Origin: an uncultured Chloroflexia bacterium
GTDB taxonomy: Bacteria; Chloroflexota; Limnocylindria; Limnocylindrales; CSP1-4
Length of the DNA: 64,000 bases
Assembly (NCBI GenBank): GCA_963788235.1
Contig: CAWBFV010000008.1
Coordinates: forward strand, 512,062-576,061
Direction: 5' to 3'
The position numbers and the translations under genes are program-made. Of the stretch, positions 10,231 through 19,431 are shown one piece after another. Numbering within the stretch: the stretch's first letter is position 1; each line of letters opens with the position of its first letter. A model generated the notes under the pieces. That model made no database searches, had not been told where the DNA came from, and saw only the letters and a list, made by a program, of their open reading frames with translations.

Positions 10231-11283
10231 GTGACGACGCTGGACCGACTCCCCGACGTCCGATTGACGACGCTGACCGACTGCGGTGGCTGTGCCGCCA
10301 AGCTCGGGGCCGACCTCCTGTCCGAGGCGCTCAGCGGTCTTGGGGCCGAGGCATCGCCGGACGCCTTGATCGCCGGGCTGCACCCGCCCGATGACGCCGC
10401 CGCCTACCGGCTCACCGACGAGCTGGCGGTCATCGGAACGCTCGACTTCTTTCCTCCGCTGGTCGACGACCCGCGGACATTCGGCGAGATCGCGGCCGCG
10501 AACGCGCTGAGTGACGTCTTCGCGATGGGTGGCCGCGTCCTGTTCGCGTTGTCGATCGCGGCGTTCCCCGAAGACCTGTCACGGGACGTGATGGCGCGGA
10601 TCTTCGAGGGGGCATCGGCGAAGGTGCGCGAGGCCGGTGGAACGCTTGCCGGCGGACACACGATCCGCGATCCGGAGCCCAAGTACGGTCTGGCGGTCAT
10701 CGGCGTCGGCCACCCCGATCGCCTGCTCCGCAAGGGCGGCGCGCGACCCGGGGACGTGCTGCTGCTGACCAAACGTCTCGGGACCGGGCTGCTCGTGAGC
10801 GGTGAGCGGCAGGGCGCCACATCGGCAGCGGACCTGGCCACCGCGATCGACGAGATGCGGGCGCTCAACCGCGCCGCCTCGGAGGTCCTCGTGGCGCACG
10901 GCGTCGTAGCGGCCACCGACGTGACGGGGTTCGGGTTGCTGGGTCACGGGTTGGAGATGGCGCGGGCGTCGGGCGCCCGGTTTGTGTTCGACGCTGCCGC
11001 GCTGCCGGTCCTGCCCGGCGCGCTCGCACTCGCGCGGGACGGGGTGGAGACCGGTGGTGGCGGTCACAACCGCCGGTTCGTCGGCTCCGCCCTGGTGCTC
11101 GCCGACGGTGTGCCACCGGAGCTCGTGACGCTCGCGCACGATCCGCAGACGAGCGGCGGTCTGCTCGCGGCGGTCGCGCCGGACCGCGTCGCGCAGGTGC
11201 GATCCGACCTGGCGGCTGCCGGCGTGGATGCGTGGAGCATCGGCCGGGTCGAGGAGGCCGACCCGGCCGTCGTGCTCCGCTAA
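10231..11283 (+). CDS. selD: Selenide, water dikinase (Cys-type active site)
   Basis: LTDCGGCAAKLG N-terminal active-site loop and the AIR-synthase-like fold motif GGHTI. GTG 10231 is chosen by alignment of the N-terminus length to known SelD; an upstream ATG at 10171 is possible. Confidence 0.9.
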   Translation: MTTLDRLPDVRLTTLTDCGGCAAKLGADLLSEALSGLGAEASPDALIAGLHPPDDAAAYRLTDELAVIGTLDFFPPLVDDPRTFGEIAAANALSDVFAMGGRVLFALSIAAFPEDLSRDVMARIFEGASAKVREAGGTLAGGHTIRDPEPKYGLAVIGVGHPDRLLRKGGARPGDVLLLTKRLGTGLLVSGERQGATSAADLATAIDEMRALNRAASEVLVAHGVVAATDVTGFGLLGHGLEMARASGARFVFDAAALPVLPGALALARDGVETGGGGHNRRFVGSALVLADGVPPELVTLAHDPQTSGGLLAAVAPDRVAQVRSDLAAAGVDAWSIGRVEEADPAVVLR

Positions 11284-11286
11284 GGG

Positions 11287-12153
11287 TCAGGTCGGGCGGA
11301 TCTGGACCGTATCGATGATGGCTCGCAGGTCCGCCTTGTCGGCCGCAGTCGTGCTCGGGAAGTCGAACGCGTCGATGATGATCCGCTTCCCTTCCACGTC
11401 GAGGATCCAGACCTGGTCGTGCTCGCCGTCGAGCGCCTCGCGGAACGAGGTCCTGGCGGTGGTCCAGCGATACAGGTGGGTGGCAGTGCAACCCCGGCTG
11501 TAGTCGGCCGTGTAATCGAGGAAGCGACCCGAATACCCCCCGACACTGACGGCCTTGTCCTGGTTGACGATCGTGCCGGGCTGTTTGACCAGGGCATCGG
11601 CAAGGTCGTCGACCGTCGAACCGATCGGGGGATCCTTGGCGCCGAGGTTCGCGCCGCACGGTGTTGCATAGACATTCTCTGCGGTCCAGAAGGTGAAGCC
11701 CATGCCCGGCGGATCCGCCGAACGCTTGAACCAACCTTTGCCGCCGAGGCCGTCGTCGCCCCACAGCGTCCAACCCTCGCCGACGACCTGGAAGCTGATG
11801 TTCGCCGGATACGGAGGCCCGACGGTGAACGTCGATGGTCCCACGGACGCCGACGGCGAGGCCGCCGCGCTCACCGACGGGGTCGGGCTCGGGCTGGGTG
11901 GACCGGTACCCACGCCGCTCGACGAGGGCAAGAGTTGGCTCGCCCCGAAAGCGATCACGACCACCGCAGCCAGGGCCGCGGCAGCGCGAGCGATGGTATT
12001 CATGGACGGTTCCCTCCACGGGCCGATCACGACCCGCTGACGTGTTCGATCGATGTGGTCGCGGACGTCGTCGTACGTCCGCATCGGCAGTTCGGTCGGA
12101 CCCTCGTCGAGGAACGCCTGGATGAGTCGATCGGGCTCGCGTGGACTGGTCAT
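11287..12153 (-). CDS. Putative anti-sigma factor / single-pass membrane protein with uncharacterised extracytoplasmic domain
   Basis: Translationally coupled (ATGA) to the upstream ECF sigma gene. It has a short cytoplasmic N-terminus, one TM helix (IARAAAALAAVVVIAF), a Pro/Ser linker and a roughly 190-aa outer domain. Confidence 0.5.
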   Translation of the reverse strand: MTSPREPDRLIQAFLDEGPTELPMRTYDDVRDHIDRTRQRVVIGPWREPSMNTIARAAAALAAVVVIAFGASQLLPSSSGVGTGPPSPSPTPSVSAAASPSASVGPSTFTVGPPYPANISFQVVGEGWTLWGDDGLGGKGWFKRSADPPGMGFTFWTAENVYATPCGANLGAKDPPIGSTVDDLADALVKQPGTIVNQDKAVSVGGYSGRFLDYTADYSRGCTATHLYRWTTARTSFREALDGEHDQVWILDVEGKRIIIDAFDFPSTTAADKADLRAIIDTVQIRPT

Positions 12154-12704
12154 GCCGGTCGCTCCTCGGAGACGGAGGGCGCACGAGCGTCGGCATCGAC
12201 GCTCGCGCGGAGCGCTGCCGTGGCGTGGTGGAGGCGCGACTTGACGGTCCCGAGCGGGATCCCGAGTCGATCAGCCACCTCCGCCAGGGGCAGGCCCACG
12301 TAGTGATGGAAGACGAGCACCGCGCGCTGCTCGAGCGTCAGCCTCCGGAAGGCACGCTCCAGCTCATCGCGGTCGTTGACGGTCAGGACATCGGCAGGCT
12401 CGCGAGGCCCGTCGAGCTGGACGAGATGAAGATCGGCTGACCAGCGGCGGCGACGCCGGGCCTCGGCGTAGCACTCGTTGGTCAGGATCCGATGGAGCCA
12501 GGGTTCGAACCGATCGGGATCGCGCAGTGTCCTGATCTCGCGCCACGCCGTGATGAGCGCCACCTGGACGGCGTCGTCAGCCAGGTCGGTGTCGCGCAGG
12601 ATCCGGTAGGCGATGGCCATGCATCGATCGCCGACGGTCCGCGCCAACGCATCGAACGCCTCGGCGTCCCCACGTCGCGCACGGTCCACGAGCGCTCGAT
12701 CCAC
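12150..12704 (-). CDS. ECF-type RNA polymerase sigma factor (sigma-70 family)
   Basis: Region 2 (DAVQVALITAWRE...FEPWLHRILTNE) and region 4 (LTLEQRAVLVFHHYVGLPLAEVADRLGIPLGTVKSRLH). Confidence 0.85.
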   Translation of the reverse strand: MDRALVDRARRGDAEAFDALARTVGDRCMAIAYRILRDTDLADDAVQVALITAWREIRTLRDPDRFEPWLHRILTNECYAEARRRRRWSADLHLVQLDGPREPADVLTVNDRDELERAFRRLTLEQRAVLVFHHYVGLPLAEVADRLGIPLGTVKSRLHHATAALRASVDADARAPSVSEERPA

Positions 12705-12832
12705 CCGTCACTCCTTCCCTGGATCGCCTCCCGATGGAGGGATCAGCCTGAAGAGGGTCTCGGGGGCCAGAAGGTTCTATCTGCAGTGGCAAACCATGGT
12801 GAGGGGCTGCCGTTGTGGAGGGCCGGGCGCGT

Positions 12833-13414
12833 TTAGCGGAGGCGCGAGAACACCCCGATACACGCGGCGACGAGTCCGATCAGGACGGCCGGAATGCTCT
12901 GCAGGAGGAACGCGTCCAGCGGGTAGTCCGGTAGCCCGGCACCCTCGGCACTGTCGGCGAAGGCCTGGATCTCGCGCCACGAGCCGACGAGCGAGAACGA
13001 CGCGCCGAGGAGTCCGCCGAGAACGATCCCGGCGATCGCGATCGTCAGGATGCGCGGCCCGCGCTTGATCCCGACCGAACGATCGAGGGCTTCGGCGATG
13101 AACCGTCCCGCGAAGTAGCCAAGGACGATCGTGAACAGGCCGATCTGGGCCCCGAAGTAGCCGACCGCGGCGCCCAGCCCGCCCGCGACGAGCGTGGCCA
13201 GCGCGACCTGCCGTGGCTGGAGGGTGGCCAGCGCATCTCGAGACGGCTTGCCGCAGGTCCTGCAGCGCAATCCGACCGGGCCCTGCATCGCGCACCTGGT
13301 GCAGATCGGCTGGTCGCAGCGACCGCAGCGGACCCAGGTCTCGCGGTCCGGGTGGCGGTAGCAATAGAGCGGCTGGTTCTCGGACAGGTCTGCGGTCGCG
13401 GCGTCGCTCGTCAT
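12833..13414 (-). CDS. B-box-type zinc-finger membrane protein
   Basis: CYRHPDRETWVRCGRCDQPICTRCA...CRTCG followed by about 4 predicted TM helices. ATG at 13414. Confidence 0.5.
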   Translation of the reverse strand: MTSDAATADLSENQPLYCYRHPDRETWVRCGRCDQPICTRCAMQGPVGLRCRTCGKPSRDALATLQPRQVALATLVAGGLGAAVGYFGAQIGLFTIVLGYFAGRFIAEALDRSVGIKRGPRILTIAIAGIVLGGLLGASFSLVGSWREIQAFADSAEGAGLPDYPLDAFLLQSIPAVLIGLVAACIGVFSRLR

Positions 13415-13471
13415 GGTCCCCTCGGCGAATCGATGGGGAGGGTGGGGTCCGACCGCGCTCACGTCAAGGGG

Positions 13472-13482
13472 TACACTCGGCC
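13472..13482 (+). promoter_or_regulatory. TACACTCGGCC motif (-10-like TACACT) upstream of the FDH catalytic gene
   Basis: Identical 11-mer recurs at 19419-19429 upstream of the NuoE-NuoF gene. Here it sits about 25 nt upstream of AGGAGG (13496-13501) and GTG 13509. Confidence 0.35.
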
Positions 13483-13508
13483 GCAGGTCATCCGCAGGAG
13501 GACGCCGA

Positions 13509-15422
13509 GTGGCGAAACCGTATGTTCGTCTGACCCAGCCGATGGTCCGCGACACCAAGGACGGCCCCTTGCGCGCCGCTTCCTGGGATGAGGCGCTGGA
13601 CCGCGTGGTCGCCGGGTTCGCCGCCGCCAAGGCGGCGCATGGACCGACGACGTTCGGCACCTTCAGCTGCAGCAAGGCGACCAACGAGGTCAACTTCGCC
13701 GCGCAGAAGTTCAGCCGGGCCGTGCTGGGCAGCAACAACATCGACAGCTGCAACCGCACCTGACACGCCCCGAGCGTCGCCGGTCTGGCGACCGTGTTCG
13801 GTGCCGGTGGCGGCACAAGTTCATACCGTGAGGTCGAGGACACCGATCTGATCGTCCTCTGGGGCAGCAACGCCCGCGAGACGCATCCGATCTTCTTCCA
13901 TCACGTCCTCAAGGCCGTCAACAAGGGCGCGCGGCTCTATGCGGTCGACCCCCGGCGCACGTCGTCGGCGGAATGGGCCGACAGCTGGCTCGGCCTCGAC
14001 GTGGGCAGCGACATCGCGCTCGCGAACGCGGTCGGCCGCGAGATCATCGCCTCCGGACTGCACCATCGCGAATTCATCGAGCGGGCCACCGCCGATTTCG
14101 AGGCGTACGAGGCCACGGTCGAGCCCTACACGCTCGAGTACGCCGAACGCGAGACCGGCGTCCCGGCCGACGCGATCCGCGACCTCGCCCACGCCTTGGC
14201 GACAGCACCCCGCGCGATGATCTGCTGGACGCTCGGCATCACCGAGCACCACAACGCCGTCGACAACGTCCTCGCGCTGATCTCATTGGTGCTGCTGACC
14301 GGGCACGTCGGGCGGTACGGCAGCGGCGTCAACCCGCTCCGTGGCCAGAACAACGTCCAGGGCGGCGGCGACATGGGCGCACTCCCGGACCGGTTGCCGG
14401 GGTTCCAGCACGTCGAGAACGACGAGCTCCGCACGAAGTTCGACCAGGCCTGGGGCGTGACGATCCCACCGAAGCGCGGCTGGCACTTGTCGGGCATGTT
14501 CGATGCCATGGAGCGCGGCGAGCTGACCGCCGTGTACTGCATCGGGGAGAACCCCGTCCAGTCCGAGGCCGATCAGCATCGCGCGATCAAGCTGCTGTCG
14601 GGTCTCGAGATGCTCGTGGTCCAAGACCTGTTCCTCACGAAGACCGCCGAGCTGGCGGACGTCGTGCTCCCCGCGTCCGCGGCATGGGCAGAGGGTGAGG
14701 GCACCGTCACAAACTCGGAGCGACGGGTCCAGCGGATCCGCAAGGCGGTCGAGCCGCCAGACGGCGCTCGCGACGACCTCGCGATCATCTTCGAGATCGC
14801 CGACCGGATGGGCGCGAACTGGGGCGACCCAGCCGCCGAGCGGGTCTGGGACGAAGTCAGATCGCTATCGCCGGTCCACGCCGGGATGAGCTATCAGCGG
14901 CTCGAGGAGCTTGGCGGGATCCAGTGGCCGTGCTACGACGAGACCCATCCCGGCGAGCTGTTCCTGCATAGCCGGCTCTGGGAGGATCCCGTGCCCGGCA
15001 ATCGCGTGCCATTCGTCCCGGTCGAGCACGATCCGCCGGTCGACAAGCTCAGCGACGACTTCCCGATCCGGCTCACGACCGGGCGACGGCTCGACTCGTA
15101 CAACACGGGTGTGCAGACCGCGGGCTACACCTCGCCGTTGCGTCGCGGCGAGTCCCTCGACATCTCACCCGAGGATCTGGAGACCTATGGCCTCGCCGAC
15201 GGCGAGCGCGTCCGGGTCGTGTCTCGCCGAGGCCAGGTCGAAGCGCCCGTCCGGATCGATCCGTCGTTGCGGCCGGGTCTCACGTTCATGACGCTCCATT
15301 TCCAGGACGATGTCGCGACGAACCTGCTGACGATCGACGCGACCGATCCCAAATCCGGCACGGCGGAGTTCAAGGCGACCGCGATCCGGATCGAGAAGCT
15401 GGAAGAGGCCATCCCGGCCTGA
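13509..15422 (+). CDS. fdhA: Formate dehydrogenase catalytic (molybdopterin) subunit, selenocysteine-containing (UGA at 13761-13763)
   Basis: Track ORFs 13413..13763 and 13794..15422 are in the same frame. The junction reads NNIDSCNRT-U-HAPSVAGL, matching the FdhF-type ...ARVUHGPSVAGL active site. Downstream motifs VNPLRGQNNVQGGGDMGALP are also present. The gene lacks the N-terminal Fe4S4 domain; the protein begins at the equivalent of RLKTPMIR. Confidence 0.9.
13764..13800 (+). promoter_or_regulatory. Bacterial SECIS element
   Basis: Hairpin GTCGCC-GGTCT-GGCGAC (13776-13792). The GGUCU apical loop starts 19 nt after the UGA, the same loop sequence and spacing as I recall for E. coli fdhF. 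Confidence 0.75.
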
Positions 15423-15564
15423 ACGACGGGCCGGAGCTCGCTCCGACTGACCTCGACTCCCCGTACATACGGGCGATGGCGCAACAGAAATCGAGGTCAT
15501 ACGTTTCCCCGCTACAGCCTACCCAAGCGCCTGAGGGGTATCACGGGCGCGGGGAACACCGTCG

Positions 15565-17742
15565 ATGTCGCAAGAACCGCGAACGCCATTGGTATTTCGA
15601 CCGGACCTGGAAGGGCTCCGGGGTGTGGCGATCCTGCTCGTCCTGGTCTGTCACGCCGGGATCCCCGGTGGCGAAGCCGGGTTCATCGGCGTTGACCTGT
15701 TCTTCGTGCTGTCGGGCTTCCTCATCACCGGTCTCCTCGTCAGCGAGGCCGAGGCGACCGGCCGGATCCAGCTCGCGGCCTTCTACGCGCGGCGGGCGCG
15801 GCGGATCCTCCCGCCAGCAGCCGTGGCCATCATCGGCACGCTCGCGGCGGCGAGCTTCGTGCTCTCACCGCTGGATATCCCGGCCATCGCCGACGACGCC
15901 CTCGCCGCCGGACTATCGCTCGCGAACGTCCATTTCGCGATCTCGGCGACCGACTACTTCGCCCCGGTCGACCCGTCTCCGTTCCTGCACTTCTGGTCGC
16001 TTTCGGTCGAGGAGCAGTACTACCTGATCTGGCCGGTCGTGCTCGGGCTCGCCGCTCGCCGTGCCCGCCCCCGACTGACGATGACGGTCATCGCCGCGAT
16101 CGTGCTGATCGGGTCGCTCGTGCTGTCGCTCGTGCTGACGCCCGTCGCCGGGCCATGGGCGTACTTCTCGCTCCCGGGCCGAGCGTGGCAACTGGCGGCC
16201 GGCGGCGCGCTCGCCCTCGCGGGCACCGGCCTGATCCGCCTGCCGAAGCCGATCGCGGTGCTCTCCGGCTGGATCGGTGCGGCACTGATCATCGTGTCGC
16301 TGTTGGCGATCTCGCCGATGACCGCGTACCCCGGGGTCGCCGCTGCCGGTCCGACGCTCGGCGCGCTGGGACTGATCGTGGGCGGGACGGTTCCGGGCTC
16401 GCCCGGTTGGTTGATCCTGCAGCGCGGCCCGGTGCGCTGGCTCGGCCGGATCTCGTACTCGCTCTACCTCTGGCACTGGCCGGTGCTGGTGCTCGGCGCC
16501 GCTGCCGTGGGTGCGGCTGCCACCGATGATGCGCCGGTCGCGGACCCGTTGGCCCTTCGCCTCGCCCTGATCGGCATCGCCGTCGCGCTGGCAGCCATCT
16601 CGACCTCGCTGATCGAGCGGCCGTTCCGGGCCGGACGGCTCTCGCGCGGCGGCCACCGGCGGTGGCTCGCCACGGCCGGCGCCGCGGTGCTCGGCATCGC
16701 GATCGGCTCGTCGGCGATGGGCATCGCCGCGCGCGACATCGTGTCCGCGGCGGACACGCAGGGTCTCGACGGCGAGACCGCTGCGCTGCTCGACCCGGGC
16801 GAGGGACCAGTCCACCTCGATGACGGCGAGCTCGCCGGCCCGACGTCCGGGCCGCCGCTTCCGTCGCCAGTGCCGAGCGCCTCACCGACGCCGTCGACGG
16901 CACCGACGCCCGCCCCACGGCCTCGGCCCAAGCCGCTCCTGGCGGGACCCGTTCCCGGGAACCTGACCCCGACGCTCGCGAAGGCGCGGAACGACGGCGA
17001 TCGATTGATCTCCGATGGATGCAGCCTGGGGCTCGCCGGATCCACGCCCCCGACCTGCGTCTATGGCGATCGAACGGGCGCGATCACGATCGCGCTGGTC
17101 GGCGATTCCCATGCTGCGAGCTGGTTCCCCGCGTTCCGCAAGCTCGCTGTTCGTCACCACTGGCGCCTGATCCCGTTCACGAAGTCGAGCTGCCCCTTCC
17201 TCGACGCGCGCGTCTGGTCGACGTACCTCGGTCGCGAGTACACCGAGTGCACGACGTGGCGCGAGCTCGTCATCGCGAAGCTCGTGAAGATCAAGCCCGA
17301 CGTGGTCGTCATCGCCGGCAATCGCTGGTTCCCGGTCGTCGACGACCTCGACAATTCGCCGAAGCGGCAGGGAGCGGCAACCGCGCGGCTGATCGAGCGC
17401 ATCCCAGGGCGAATCGCGCTGATGGTCGACACGCCGCGCTCCGCCTACGACGTCCCGGCGTGCCTCGCCAGCCATCGCGACGCGATCGAGGACTGCACGA
17501 CGTCGAGGGCGAACGCGTTCGGCTGGCGGCACCGCCAGCGAGAACGGGAAGCCGCGCGCCGGACCGGCGCGGCGATCATCGATCTGTCCAAGGCGACCTG
17601 CCCGTCCGATCCATGCCCGCCGATCATCGGCCGGCGGCTCGTCTATCGCGATCACCACCATCTGACCGCGACGTTCGTCGTCTCGCTCGCCGACGACCTC
17701 GACGCGGCCCTGGCACCGGTGCTCGAGGCGGCGCGGCCGTGA
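15565..17742 (+). CDS. Acyltransferase family 3 membrane protein with C-terminal SGNH domain (OafA/YrhL-like)
   Basis: RPDLEGLRGVAILLVLVCH...GVDLFFVLSGFLIT N-terminus, about 10 TM helices, and a C-terminal GDSHA motif. Confidence 0.85.
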   Translation: MSQEPRTPLVFRPDLEGLRGVAILLVLVCHAGIPGGEAGFIGVDLFFVLSGFLITGLLVSEAEATGRIQLAAFYARRARRILPPAAVAIIGTLAAASFVLSPLDIPAIADDALAAGLSLANVHFAISATDYFAPVDPSPFLHFWSLSVEEQYYLIWPVVLGLAARRARPRLTMTVIAAIVLIGSLVLSLVLTPVAGPWAYFSLPGRAWQLAAGGALALAGTGLIRLPKPIAVLSGWIGAALIIVSLLAISPMTAYPGVAAAGPTLGALGLIVGGTVPGSPGWLILQRGPVRWLGRISYSLYLWHWPVLVLGAAAVGAAATDDAPVADPLALRLALIGIAVALAAISTSLIERPFRAGRLSRGGHRRWLATAGAAVLGIAIGSSAMGIAARDIVSAADTQGLDGETAALLDPGEGPVHLDDGELAGPTSGPPLPSPVPSASPTPSTAPTPAPRPRPKPLLAGPVPGNLTPTLAKARNDGDRLISDGCSLGLAGSTPPTCVYGDRTGAITIALVGDSHAASWFPAFRKLAVRHHWRLIPFTKSSCPFLDARVWSTYLGREYTECTTWRELVIAKLVKIKPDVVVIAGNRWFPVVDDLDNSPKRQGAATARLIERIPGRIALMVDTPRSAYDVPACLASHRDAIEDCTTSRANAFGWRHRQREREAARRTGAAIIDLSKATCPSDPCPPIIGRRLVYRDHHHLTATFVVSLADDLDAALAPVLEAARP

Positions 17743-19373
17743 GGAGAGCAGGACCCGCCGGCCTCGCGGTGGTCGCGATCGCGATGCTCGTGACGGGCTG
17801 TGGGCCGACGCCGATCCCGGCCGGTGCGCCGCCGGACCGTGCCCTCTCGAGCCCCCCGCCAGCCGCTGCGCCCATCCATACACCAGAGTCCGGCCCCGCG
17901 TCCGTTCCCTCTGCACCGGCGCCGCCGACCCCGCCTGAACCCCGCCCCGCGTCGGCATCAACGCGCGTCATCCACGAAGGCGCCATCAGCCCGAAGCCGC
18001 GATCGGTCGCGGATCGTGCCTGGGAGCCGGTCGTCGCCACCCACCCGACGGATCCCGACCGCATCGCGGTCGTCTACGAGCATCGCGGACCCGGCGCGGC
18101 GTGCTCGGTCAACCCGCTCATCCGCATCTCGCACGACGGCGGTCGGACGTGGCGGACGACGCGGTCGGGTCCGGGCGCTCGCTCGAGTCGGGGCATGGGC
18201 CTCCATGCGGCGATCGCCTGGGGGCCCGGACCGCGTGGCGGCACGCGCCTGTACTGGGCCAACATGACGTCGCCTGGTTGCGGCGCCGGGCGGTTCAGCC
18301 TGTCGACTGCGTACAGCGACGACGAGGGGCGGACCTGGTCGCGGCTTCGGGTCGAGCGTCGCACGCCGCCGTGGGTCGGCGGGTTCCCCGAGATCGCGGT
18401 CGATCGCGACCCGCGCAGCCCGAACCACGGGACGGTGTATGTCGGCTACAACTGGCTCGGAGCCGGCGCCCACGGACCGGGCTTCCGGTTGTTGGCGTCG
18501 TCGGACTTCGGACGCACGTGGCGGTCGACCGAGGTCAAGCCGGCACCCCTGGCGCGCGGGGCGATCGATTGGTGGCGCATCGCCTATCGATTGCGCCCGG
18601 CACCGGACGGCAGCGTGTACGCCGCCTGGTACCAGGTCGACGTGCGCCAGTGGGATCGCCGGAACATCTTCGCCAAGGGCGGCTCGGGCAACGTCGTCCG
18701 GCTCGGGGTCGGGATCGCCCGGATCAGGTTCGAGCCCGGCACCGGCCAATTCGCGATCGGCCCGTCACGGATCGCCACCCGGATCGCCGAAACGCCATGG
18801 ACCACATCGGGCGCCAGCGCCTCAGGCACGGCCGGCAACATCCGCCCCGACCCGATGTGGCAGTACGGCTTCGACGTCGACCCGGACGGTCGGCTCTATC
18901 TGGCGGTCGGTGGGTATGGCGCGGCGCGGCTCGGGTTCGGGCGGGGCACGATCCGGGCGGGCTATTCGGACGACCAGGGCCGGACCTGGCGATTCGCAAC
19001 GGTGCCGGCGGCGCCGCACGTCGACGGGCGGCGCCAATCGATGCTCCGCCCGAACCTCGTGACAGGACGGGGCTATGTCCTGGTCACGTTCCGGACGCTC
19101 GACGACGTCGGCGCCAACGCGACGATGGGGGCGGCGTATGCGGTCTCGGTCGACCGCGGCGCGACGTGGCGGTTCGGGCGACCGGTGCACGGCGTCCGCT
19201 GGCGCGCCTCGAATCTCGACGGCGTGGTCAACGGGGCCGGGCTGCGCGAGCGAGCCGAGCGGACCGCCGATGGCGACGTCATCTGGGCGTACGGCGACGG
19301 CCGTCTTGCGATCGGCCGGGCCGCGGGGCGAACGGCGATCTTCGGGGCGAGGATCCACATCGAGGTCCGCTGA
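17739..19373 (+). CDS. BNR-repeat (sialidase-fold) lipoprotein
   Basis: GTG overlaps the upstream stop (GTGA). Lipobox LVTGC. Five SxDxGxTW repeats (SHDGGRTW, SDDEGRTW, SSDFGRTW, SDDQGRTW, SVDRGATW). Confidence 0.7.
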   Translation: MRRAGPAGLAVVAIAMLVTGCGPTPIPAGAPPDRALSSPPPAAAPIHTPESGPASVPSAPAPPTPPEPRPASASTRVIHEGAISPKPRSVADRAWEPVVATHPTDPDRIAVVYEHRGPGAACSVNPLIRISHDGGRTWRTTRSGPGARSSRGMGLHAAIAWGPGPRGGTRLYWANMTSPGCGAGRFSLSTAYSDDEGRTWSRLRVERRTPPWVGGFPEIAVDRDPRSPNHGTVYVGYNWLGAGAHGPGFRLLASSDFGRTWRSTEVKPAPLARGAIDWWRIAYRLRPAPDGSVYAAWYQVDVRQWDRRNIFAKGGSGNVVRLGVGIARIRFEPGTGQFAIGPSRIATRIAETPWTTSGASASGTAGNIRPDPMWQYGFDVDPDGRLYLAVGGYGAARLGFGRGTIRAGYSDDQGRTWRFATVPAAPHVDGRRQSMLRPNLVTGRGYVLVTFRTLDDVGANATMGAAYAVSVDRGATWRFGRPVHGVRWRASNLDGVVNGAGLRERAERTADGDVIWAYGDGRLAIGRAAGRTAIFGARIHIEVR

Positions 19374-19418
19374 CGCGCGGCATCCCCAACCGGCCCCGGC
19401 ACGTCGCCTGAGCAGCGC

Positions 19419-19429
19419 TACACTCGGCC
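19419..19429 (+). promoter_or_regulatory. TACACTCGGCC motif; -10-like hexamer 7 nt upstream of ATG (candidate leaderless promoter)
   Basis: Second exact copy of the 11-mer. There is no Shine-Dalgarno sequence between it and ATG 19432. Confidence 0.35.
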
Positions 19430-19431
19430 CG

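Noticed and set aside
10231-10300. SelD itself as a selenoprotein
   Set aside because: The active-site loop is encoded as CGGCAAK with ordinary Cys codons. There is no in-frame TGA.
19075-19431. N-terminal extension of the NuoE-NuoF ORF (track start 19075)
   Set aside because: The extension overlaps the end of the BNR lipoprotein gene in another frame and is Arg/Ser-rich nonsense. NuoE-like sequence begins only after ATG 19432.
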